NCBI GenBank assembly: GCA_030141605.1
Contig: JAQGDQ010001966.1
Coordinates: 1-19,132 of the forward strand
DNA: 19,132 bases
From: Tubiluchus corallicola
Lineage: Eukaryota > Animalia > Priapulida
Reading direction: 5' to 3'
Notes under the pieces: generated by a model
Told to the model about the DNA's origin: nothing
Seen by the model: only the letters and a program-made list of their open reading frames with translations
Database searches by the model: none
Shown: positions 1-10,166 of the stretch, in pieces
Numbering within the stretch: position 1 is the first letter of the stretch
How the letters are laid out: every line of letters starts with the position of its first letter
Position numbers and translations under genes: made by a program

Positions 1-3000
1 CTGTATTTTGATGTACATTTGCTAGCAAACATGGTGAATGCTGTACTTTAATATGTGCTTGCTATGAAACATCATGAGTGCTGTATTTTGATGTGTGTTT
101 GCTATGAAACATCATGAGTGCTGTATTTTGATGTGTGTTTGCTATGAAACACGATTAGTCTTGTATTTTGATGTACATTTGCTATGAAACATCATGAGTG
201 CTGTATTTTGATGTACATTTGCTATGAAACATCATGAGTGCTGTATTTTGATGTGTGTTTGCTATGAAACACGATTAGTCTTGTATTTTGATGTACATTT
301 GCTATGAAACATCATGAGTGCTGTATTTTGATGTGTGTTTGCTATGAAACATCATGAGTGCTGTATTTTGATGTGTGTTTGCTATGAAACACGATTAGTC
401 TTGTATTTTGATGTACATTTGCTATGAAACATCATGAGTGCTGTATTTTGATGTGTGTTTGCTATGAAACACGATTAGTCTTGTATTTTGATGTACATTT
501 GCTATGAAACATCATGAGTGCTGTATTTTGATGTACATTTGCTATGAAACATCATGAGTGCTGTATTTTGATGTGTGTTTGCTATGAAACACGATTAGTC
601 TTGTATTTTGATGTACATTTGCTATGAAACATCATGAGTGCTGTATTTTGATGTACATTTGCTATGAAACATCATGAGTGCTGTATTTTGATGTGTGTTT
701 GCTATGAAACACGATTAGTCTTGTATTTTGATGTACATTTGCTATGAAACATCATGAGTGCTGTATTTTGATGTACATTTGCTATGAAACATCATGAGTG
801 CTGTATTTTGATGTGTGTTTGCTATGAAACACGATTAGTCTTGTATTTTGATGTACATTTGCTATGAAACATCATGAGTGCTGTATTTTGATGTGTGTTT
901 GCTATGAAACACGATTAGTCTTGTATTTTGATGTACATTTGCTATGAAACATCATGAGTGCTGTATTTTGATGTACATTTGCTATGAAACATCATGAGTG
1001 CTGTATTTTGATGTGTGTTTGCTATGAAACACGATTAGTCTTGTATTTTGATGTACATTTGCTATGAAACATCATGAGTGCTGTATTTTGATGTGTGTTT
1101 GCTATGAAACACGATTAGTCTTGTATTTTGATGTGTGTTTGCTATGAAACACGATTAGTCTTGTATTTTGATGTACATTTGCTATGAAACATCATGAGTG
1201 CTGTATTTTGATGTACATTTGCTATGAAACATCATGAGTGCTGTATTTTGATGTGTGTTTGCTATGAAACACGATTAGTCTTGTATTTTGATGTACATTT
1301 GCTATGAAACATCATGAGTGCTGTATTTTGATGTACATTTGCTATGAAACATCATGAGTGCTGTATTTTGATGTGTGTTTGCTATGAAACGATTAGTCTT
1401 GTATTTTGATGTACATTTGCTATGAAACATCATGAGTGCTGTATTTTGATGTGTGTTTGCTATGAAACACGATTAGTCTTGTATTTTGATGTGTGTTTGC
1501 TATGAAACACGATTAGTCTTGTATTTTGATGTACATTTGCTATGAAACATCATGAGTGCTGTATTTTGATGTACATTTGCTATGAAACATCATGAGTGCT
1601 GTATTTTGATGTGTGTTTGCTATGAAACACGATTAGTCTTGTATTTTGATGTACATTTGCTATGAAACATCATGAGTGCTGTATTTTGATGTACATTTGC
1701 TATGAAACATCATGAGTGCTGTATTTTGATGTGTGTTTGCTATGAAACACGATTAGTCTTGTATTTTGATGTACATTTGCTATGAAACATCATGAGTGCT
1801 GTATTTTGATGTGTGTTTGCTATGAAACACGATTAGTCTTGTATTTTGATGTGTGTTTGCTATGAAACACGATTAGTCTTGTATTTTGATGTACATTTGC
1901 TATGAAACATCATGAGTGCTGTATTTTGATGTACATTTGCTATGAAACATCATGAGTGCTGTATTTTGATGTGTGTTTGCTATGAAACACGATTAGTCTT
2001 GTATTTTGATGTGTGTTTGCTATGAAACACGATTAGTCTTGTATTTAGATGTGTGTTTGCTATGAAACATCATGAGTGCTGTATTTTGATGTGTGTTTGC
2101 TATGAAACACGATTAGTCTTGTATTTTGATGTACATTTGCTATGAAACATCATGAGTGCTGTATTTTGATGTACATTTGCTATGAAACATCATGAGTGCT
2201 GTATTTTGATGTGTGTTTGCTATGAAACACGATTAGTCTTGTATTTTGATGTACATTTGCTATGAAACATCATGAGTGCTGTATTTTGATGTGTGCTTGC
2301 TATGAAACATCATGAGTGCTGTATTTTGATGTACATTTGCTATGAAACATCATGAGTGCTGTATTTTGATGTGTGTTTGCTATGAAATACGATTAGTCTT
2401 GTATTTTGATGTACATTTGCTATGAAACATCATGAGTGCTGTATTTTGATGTGTGTTTGCTATGAAACACGATTAGTCTTGTATTTTGATGTACATTTGC
2501 TATGAAACATCATGAGTGCTGTATTTTGATGTACATTTGCTATGAAACATCATGAGTCTTGTATTTTGATGTATGTTTGTTAGAAAACACGATTATTTTG
2601 GATTTTGATGTACATTTGCTGTGAAACATCATGAGTGCTGTATTTTGATGTGTGTTTGCTATGAAACACGATTAGTCTTGTATTTTGATGTACATTTGCT
2701 ATGAAACATCATGAGTGCTGTATTTTGATGTACATTTGCTATGAAACATCATGAGTGCTGTATTTTGATGTACATTTGCTATGAAACATCATGAGTCTTG
2801 TATTTTGATGTATGTTTGTTAGAAAACACGATTATTTTGGATTTTGATGTACATTTGCTGTGAAACATCATGAGTGCTGTATTTTGATGTGTGTTTGCTA
2901 TGAAACACGATTAGTCTTGTATTTTGATGTACATTTGCTATGAAACATCATGAGTGCTGTATTTTGATGTACATTTGCTATGAAACATCATGAGTGCTGT

Positions 3001-3195
3001 ATTTTGATGTACATTTGCTATGAAACATCATGAGTCTTGTATTTTGATGTATGTTTGTTAGAAAACACGATTATTTTGGATTTTGATGTACATTTGCTGT
3101 GAAACATCATGAGTGCCGTATTTTGATGTATGTTTGTTAGGAAACACGATTAGTCTTGTATTTCGGTGTACATTTGCTATAAAACGTCATTAGTG
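1..3195. repeat. 40-bp tandem minisatellite, about 80 units, with two main variant types and higher-order blocks
   Basis: The unit CTGTATTTTGATGTACATTTGCTATGAAACATCATGAGTG alternates with a variant ...ATGTGTGTTTGCTATGAAACACGATTAGTC. There is a 2-bp deletion near 1390 and a 239-bp six-unit block whose marker GTATGTTTGTTAGAAAACACGATTATTTTGG starts at 2571, 2810 and 3049. Units are degenerate at both ends (1-80 and about 3130-3330). Confidence 0.97.
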
Positions 3196-3671
3196 GTGTG
3201 TTTCTGTGCAGTTTTGTAGCAAATTGCATTACTGTGATGCTGTTAGCAAACATCGTCAATGTTGCGTTTGGCCATGTTTGCAAACAAAGATCATAAAGGC
3301 TGTGTCTGGTACTTGTTTGCTAGCAAACACACGTTTACCCCATGTTTGCTTCGCATACGCGCTTTGCAAGTTTGATTTAATTTGAATTTTGTTTGCTTCT
3401 AACAGGTGTTTCAGCTCCTGATAGTACCACTGACCACCTAACATGCTCGATGCCCCACTACTATAATCTTAGTTAACATTTTTGCTCCACCAAATATTTT
3501 CCTCGCCTTGACTTGTCTTTGCTGTGAGATTGCTGGTATAGATAGCAATGGTATCTGATACTTGGATTGCTTGCATGTTTCTTTTACTTTCAGTGATTTA
3601 TGAAACCAATATGTCAGCTTGGTTACTCATTAGTATTAGAGGTCTGTGATTTGAGAAAGCTGGGTGGATGC

Positions 3672-4625
3672 GGGGGTGGGAAAGAGAGCCCTAGGTGTAT
3701 GAAAGGTTATTGAGTATGTAAAGCTTGACCACTGCATATTTTATATACGGGTGGAAAGAAAGTCCTAGGTGTATGAAAGGTCACTAGGTATGTAAAGCTT
3801 GACCGCTGCATATTTTATATAGGGGTGGAAAGAAAGTCCTAGGTGTATGAAAGGTCACTAGGTATGTAAAGCTTGACTGCTGCATATTTTATATACGGGT
3901 GGAAAGAAAGTCCTAGGTGTATGAAAGGTCACTAGGTATGTAAAGCTTGACCGCTGCATATTTTATATAGGGGTGGAAAGAAAGTCCTAGGTGTATGAAC
4001 GGTCACTAGGTATGTAAAGCTTGACTGCTGCATATTTTATATAGGGGTGGGAAAGAGAGTCCTAGGTATGAAAGGTTATTGAGTATGTAAAGCTTGACCA
4101 CTGCATATTTTATATACGGGTGGAAAGAAAGTCCTAGGTTTATGAAAGGTCACTAGGTATGTAAAGCTTGACCGCTGCATATTTTATATAGGGGTGGAAA
4201 GAAAGTCCTAGGTGTATGAAAGGTCACTAGGTATGTAAAGCTTGACTGCTGCATATTTTATATAGGGGTGGGAAAGAGAGTCCTAGGTATGAAAGGTTAT
4301 TGGGTATGTAAAGCTTGACCGCTGCATATTTTATATAGGGGTGGAAAGAAAGTCCTAGGTATGAAAGGTTATTGGGTATGTAAAGCTTGACCACTGCATA
4401 TTTTATATAGGAGTGGAAAGAAAGCCCTAGTGTATGAAAGGTCACTAGGTATGTAAAGCTTGACCGCTGCATATTTTATATAGGGGTGGAAAGAAAGTCC
4501 TAGGTGTATGAAAGGTCACTAGGTATGTAAAGCTTGACCGCTGCATATTTTATATAGGGGTGGAAAGAAAGCCCTATGTATGAAAGGTCACTAGGTATGT
4601 AAAGCTTGACCGCTGTATATTTTAT
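3672..4625. repeat. 74-bp (72-75) tandem minisatellite, 13 units
   Basis: Unit AGGGGTGGAAAGAAAGTCCTAGGTGTATGAAAGGTCACTAGGTATGTAAAGCTTGACCGCTGCATATTTTATAT. The period is 74 (3821 vs 3895) and there is one AAGCTT per unit, 13 in total. Internal sub-repeat: CTAGGTGTATGAAAG / CTAGGTATGTAAAG. Confidence 0.96.
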
Positions 4626-5216
4626 TTACATACATACTAATGTCTTGTATCACGTTCGTAATTTTCTTGAACTCTTGTGATGAACTTGCCCACCTTGGTC
4701 TATGAATGCAAATGTAGCGACGTGACCTATAATCCTTTAATGTGATACCGATTGCTAGCAGTTATTTGAAAGTATGAGCTTTATCTGCGGGAAATTACGC
4801 TGGTTCAGTTGGCGGTAAACATTTCATTATATGCGTATTCAAATGAACTTTGATATATGTGTTATACAGCGTAAGTTTGTTACCGTATCAATAACAGCAT
4901 TGCTTTAGATCACATTGCAATGTTTGCAACCCTTGCTGATTATAAAAAGAACAGAGTCAGTATGTTAAAAACCAAATCTATGAATTAATCACTGACCAAG
5001 CTCAGCATTGCTTAACTTTGGTGCGAGGTTTACACCATGACCATTTGACATTTAGCTCACTTGCTTACATAGTATATAAATTATTCTGGTACATTTTACT
5101 TATAGAATTCTAACCCTAAATGTCACTTAGTTCTACTGTTGAATTGATACTAGAACTAAATCTAGTCTAATATGGTTTTGTGAGGACCTTCCACCAGAAC
5201 GGACCATGTCACCGAG

Positions 5217-7181
5217 GTGCTGGAGTCCAACTTGCATTGTGTCCGCTTGGCATAACAAAACATCCATCCACTATGAAAGAAATGAGTGCTGGAGTCCAAC
5301 TTGCATTGTGTCCGCTTGGCGTAACAAAACATCCATCCACTATGAAAGAAATGAGTGCTGGAGTCCAACTTGCATTGTGTCCAGTTGGCATAACAAAACA
5401 TCCATCCACTATGAGAGAAATGAGTGCTGGAGTCCAACTTGCATTGTGTCCAGTTGGCATAACAAAACATCCATCCACTATGAAAGAAATGAGTGCTGGA
5501 GTCCAACTTGCATTGTGTCCGCTTGACATAACAAAACATCCATCCACTATGAAAGAAATGAGTGCTGGAGTCCAACTTGCATTGTGTCCAGTTGGCATAA
5601 CAAAACATCCATCCACTATGAGAGAAATGAGTGCTGGAGTCCAACTTGCATTGTGTCCGCTTGACATAACAAAACATCCATCCACTATGAAAGAAATGAG
5701 TGCTGGAGACCAACTTGCATTGTGTCCGCTTGACATAACAAAACATCCATCCACTATGAGAGAAATGAGTGCTGGAGTCCAACTTGCATTGTGTCCGCCT
5801 GACATAACAAAACATCCATCCACTATGAAAGAAATGAGTGCTGGAGTCCAACTTGCATTGTGTCCGCTTGACATAACAAAACATCCATCCACTATGAGAG
5901 AAATGAGTGTTGGAGTCCAACTTGCATTGTGTCCAGTTGGCATAACAAAACATCCATCCACTATGAAAGAAATGAGTGCTGGAGTCCAACTTGCATTGTG
6001 TCCGCTTGACATAACAAAACATCCATCCACTATGAAAGAAATGAGTGCTGGAGTCCAACTTGCATTGTGTCCAGTTGGCATAACAAAACATCCATCCAGT
6101 ATGAGAGAAATGAGTGCTGGAGTCCAACTTGCATTGTGTCCGCTTGACATAACAAAACATCCATCCACTATGAAAGAAATGAGTGCTGGAGACCAACTTG
6201 CATTGTGTCCGCTTGACATAACAAAACATCCATCCACTATGAGAGAAATGAGTGCTGGAGTCCAACTTGCATTGTGTCCGCCTGACATAACAAAACATCC
6301 ATCCACTATGAAAGAAATGAGTGCTGGAGTCCAACTTGCATTGTGTCCGCTTGGCATAACAAAACATCCATCCACTATGAGAGAAATGAGTGCTGGAGTC
6401 CAACTTGCGTTGTGTCCGCCTGACATAACAAAACATCCATCCACTATGAAAGAAATGAGTGCTGGAGTCCAACTTGCATTGTGTCCGCCTGACATAACAA
6501 AACATCCATCCACTATGAAAGAAATGAGTGCTGGAGACCAACTTGCATTGTGTCCGCTTGACATAACAAAACATCCATCCACTATGAGAGAAATGAGTGC
6601 TGGAGTCCAACTTGCATTGTGTCCGCCTGACATAACAAAACATCCATCCACTATGAAAGAAATGAGTGCTGGAGTCCAACTTGCATTGTGTCCGCTTGGC
6701 ATAACAAAACATCCATCCACTATGAGAGAAATGAGTGCTGGAGTCCAACTTGCGTTGTGTCCGCCTGACATAACAAAACATCCATCCACTATGAAAGAAA
6801 TGAGTGCTGGAGTCCAACTTGCATTGTGTCCGCCTGACATAACAAAACATCCATCCACTATGAAAGAAATGAGTGCTGGAGTCCAACTTGCATTGTGTCC
6901 GCCTGACATAACAAAACATCCATCCACTATGAAAGAAATGAGTGCTGGAGTCCAACTTGCATTGTGTCCGCTTGGCATAACAAAACATCCATCCACTATG
7001 AGAGAAATGAGTGCTGGAGTCCAACTTGCGTTGTGTCCGCCTGACATAACAAAACATCCATCCACTATGAAAGAAATGAGTGCTGGAGTCCAACTTGCAT
7101 ATGAAAGAAATGAGTGCTGGAGTCCAACTTGCATTGTGTCCGCTTGACATAACAAAACATCCATCCACTATGAAAGAAATG
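5217..7181. repeat. 69-bp tandem minisatellite: 27 full units, one 34-bp truncated unit and one final unit
   Basis: Unit GTGCTGGAGTCCAACTTGCATTGTGTCCGCTTGRCATAACAAAACATCCATCCACTATGARAGAAATGA; 27x69+34+68=1965 bp. A 35-bp deletion at about 7100 breaks the frame. The array accounts for ORF-track entries 5162-7222, 5180-7147, 5206-5526 and 5209-7164. Confidence 0.97.
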
Positions 7182-7466
7182 TTGCAGTTTCTGTTTTTCC
7201 TGTTTTTCAAATTTGGTTTCAAGTTGAATTAATTGTCTATCATCACTGATAGCAATCTTGACATTAAGATTATAATTATGTAAAATTTTTCATCTGTTTA
7301 TCAAATATTTTCACCTGCTTATAAAACCTCTAGCTCTTTGCGGTGGGCACCAGTATTTTCTATAAATATACCCCTGTTATTCTACTCAGCAGCTGCATGA
7401 TGAAACCATTTCTAAATTACTTCTCTTTGTTTCTGTCAAAACAATTCTCTTGTTTCACGTTTTCAG

Positions 7467-7749
7467 CTTCCGCTCCTGAGATAAACTGCTCCACTCCTTC
7501 CACGTACAATGTGGCTTCTGCCGAGGTTGCCATGCGATCCGTATCGCTGGATCAGTGCGAATCGCAGGATACGCCCAAACCCGATCGTTCGTCTTCGTCG
7601 AATCATTGGACGAAAGACGTTAATCTTTCGAAGCCTCCCCCCGTTCCCACGAAACAAACGTCACTAGTAAATTCCAGAAAAACGTCTGAAACGGGCAGTC
7701 CAATTAGAGAAGTGTGCGGAAAGTCCATCTCTATGGATTCATTGAAAAG
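7467..7749 (+). CDS. Internal exon of a CARMA/DLG5/ZO-type MAGUK gene: Ser/Pro-rich linker upstream of the PDZ
   Basis: Pyrimidine tract plus TTTCAG acceptor (7461-7466) and AAG|GTACGC donor (GT at 7750). GC content is higher than the flanks. Reads xSAPEINCSTPSTYNV...KPPPVPTK...SISMDSLK. Phase 1 to 2; AG joins T at 9325 to give Ser in frame. Confidence 0.8.
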
Positions 7750-7889
7750 GTACGCTTAGAGATTGCTAAATTTCTCAATTTTTTAAATTTATATACACAG
7801 TTAAAGATGGACTAGCTTTTCTTCAATTTGGCAAAGTCCATCTTGAATTACTGAATGGAAGTTTTTGTAATACATTATTATGAATAAAC

Positions 7890-8423
7890 CAGGGGTGTGC
7901 AAATTATCTGACTAGCCAGGCCATATTAAACTTTCCCGCAATTCCTGCGGGCCACAGGCAGTTTGATCAAGCAGCCAAGTACAGAAAGGCCTAATAACGA
8001 TTTTTTTTCATCCGACCTGCTTACATCATCACTACTACGCAAGAAACTATTTTAGAAGTTATTAAAATTTATATTACAAACCATATATTTCTACTTACAG
8101 GATAGATAGTGGTAATTTCATTACAATGCATATTAGTAATGTGTATCACACAGTCTGTGTAGTACAGTGACATTAAGCTAAAACCGTCTTGTAAGGGTTA
8201 ATGGCATCCAATCTAGTAGAAAAAACTACCCGCACTATCTTTGGAATCGTGGTACGGACTTCAGCTGGATACACTCAATTAATCGCCCAGGCCGCACTTT
8301 CATTGGGTTGACAAATCTCTTCGCGGGCCGCACTTTCATTAGGTTGACAAATCTCTTCGCGGGCCGCACAAATTCTCTCGGCGGGCCGCAAGTGGCCCGC
8401 GGGCCGCAATTTGCACACCCCTG
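7890..8423 (+). mobile_element. Non-autonomous hAT element (MITE), family A copy 1, 534 bp
   Basis: Perfect 16-bp TIRs CAGGGGTGTGCAAATT...AATTTGCACACCCCTG and GGGCCGC subterminal repeats. The 8-bp flanks are GAATAAAC/GATAAAAC (6/8). It matches the reverse complement of 9517-10016 over its full length and has an extra 36-bp duplication at 8290-8361. Strand is arbitrary. Confidence 0.93.
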
Positions 8424-9324
8424 GATAAAACAAAGAATTCAAAGTTATTTTTACTCGGAAGAAACTTATAAATTAAATAACTTACACTTTTCTGGTGAAT
8501 TTCGAATGTGTGCATTGCCGTAAAGGTCACAATGTTTCGTGTCTTTGGCACGAGTGAACGAGAATGATGTACAAGGTAGAGAAAGCTTTGGTTACCGATG
8601 TTTTGTGACTGCACTCATAATGTCCTTCGTCTCGCGCGACAAAAAAATGGCTTTTTTTCGAAGTTAGTACCGCTAACAATGAAGTGATTAAAAGAAAGAA
8701 ACAAGTTTTACAGTAAGTTTACGTTTATAATAAAATAAATTGAATATGAGGTTGCAAAAGCAAGTTTAAGCTAAAACGTAATACAGTTGCCAAGCGTACA
8801 AAACCTAATGCATCAGACGACTTGGAAGATGTTACTGTAGCAGAGATGTTTGATGTGGATAGATAAAATAGATAGATTCATTTTAAACAGTGATGTCACA
8901 CACTTCTGTAGTTTCATCACTGACAATATGCTTAATTACATTGCCGATCAAAGTACAAGTTTGCTGTTACATGTATATAATAACCAAAATTTCACAGCAC
9001 TAGCACAATGTTGCGTTAGCTATAAACGTCTATAGCATTACAACACTATTTTATAGCATTACAACATTATAACATTACAACGTATAGGCAAAGCTTGGTA
9101 TATTGCATCATCTCCCAACACATGAGCCATATGCAGTTCAACACTTTTCTTCTGTAATTAGACGTCATTGGCGTAGTTTTTTATATCATTAATTGTTATT
9201 TGGGTCATTGTTGTGTGTCTTGATTTATTGTATATTTCATGACCTTCATAATATATATATATGCTTCATATTTGTTCTTTCACTGTGCAAGTAAATGTTT
9301 GTGCATAAAATCTGTTTTTTACAG

Positions 9325-9472
9325 TTTTTCCTCGGCACATAGCAATGCACACCATGTCTGCGTTAAAGCATCGGAATTTCTAAGCTTAAAAGTTTTGGGT
9401 GGAAATCAAAGTGGTCACTTTATAGCCGAAAGTACCAACGAAAAGCTGCCAAAAGATCGACAAATTTTAATG
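9325..9472 (+). CDS. Internal exon: N-terminal part of the PDZ domain
   Basis: TTTTTTACAG acceptor and ATG|GTATGT donor; phase 2 to 0. Reads FSSAHSNAHHVCVKASEFLSLKVLGGNQSGHFIAESTNEKLPKDRQILM. GGNxxGxF and QIL resemble the GGN..GIF / QIL motifs of the ZO-1 PDZ3, DLG5 last PDZ and CARMA PDZ. Confidence 0.85.
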
Positions 9473-9516
9473 GTATGTATGTATTTTTTTAACCCTTCAT
9501 TAAATATTATGTAGTG

Positions 9517-10016
9517 CAGGGGTGTGCAAATTGCGGCCCGCGGGCCACTTGCGGCCTGCCGAGAGAATTTGTGCGGCCCACGAAGAGATTTATCAACCTA
9601 ATGAAAGTGCAGCCCGGGCGATTAATTGAGTGTATCCAGCTGAAGTTCATGCCATAATCCCAAAGATAGTGCAGGTAGTTTTTTCTACTAGATCGGATGC
9701 CATTAACCCTTACAAGACGGTTGTAGCTTAATGTCACTGTACTACACAGACTGTGTGATACACATTACTAATATGCATTGTAATTAAATTACCACTATCT
9801 GTCCTGAAAGTAGCAATATATGGTTTGTAATATAAATTTTAATAACTTCTAAAATAGTTTCTTGAGTGTAGTAGTAATGATGTACGCAGGTCGGATGCAA
9901 AAAAATCGTTATTAGGCCTTTCTGTACTTGGCTCCTTGATCAAACTGTCTGTGGCCCGCAGGAATTGCGAGAAAGATTAATGTGGCCCAGCTAGTCAGAT
10001 AATTTGCACACCCCTG
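9517..10016 (-). mobile_element. Non-autonomous hAT element (MITE), family A copy 2, 500 bp, inverted relative to copy 1
   Basis: Same 16-bp TIRs as copy 1 and a perfect 8-bp TSD ATGTAGTG (9509-9516 and 10017-10024). The interior is the reverse complement of 7890-8423 with scattered substitutions. Confidence 0.95.
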
Positions 10017-10166
10017 ATGTAGTGCTATGATTGGTTGGCTACCTTAACGATCAGACTGCATTTTATATGTTACATGACAACCATGTTGTTGTTTTGCAAA
10101 GAATGAAATTTATTCTTTGTTTAGCTGTAGCAAAAACATGGGTGAAACTAACTCTTGGATTTAAAA

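Noticed and set aside
4227-4472. 81-aa minus-strand ORF
   Set aside because: It is a translation of the 74-bp array.
1-7181. CRISPR array interpretation of the 40-, 74- and 69-bp repeats
   Set aside because: Units abut with no unique spacers, variation is a few recurring alleles, no cas genes are present and the context is a spliced eukaryotic gene.
5162-7222. 686-, 655- and 651-aa ORFs as real protein genes (for example a Cys/His metal-binding repeat protein)
   Set aside because: A 69-bp unit lacking stops is automatically open across the array. Variants are mostly non-synonymous, a 35-bp deletion is tolerated and no strong donor links it to exon 7467.
9031-9081. Short TATAGCATTACAACA duplications; also GAACACT/GAGAGT repeats at about 17220 and the AT-only tract at about 10805-10860
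   Set aside because: Ordinary slippage or low complexity with no further structure.
7890-10016. A single 2.1-kb foldback element with 500-bp TIRs
   Set aside because: Each arm has its own pair of TIRs and its own flanking duplication (ATGTAGTG for the second), so these are two insertions.
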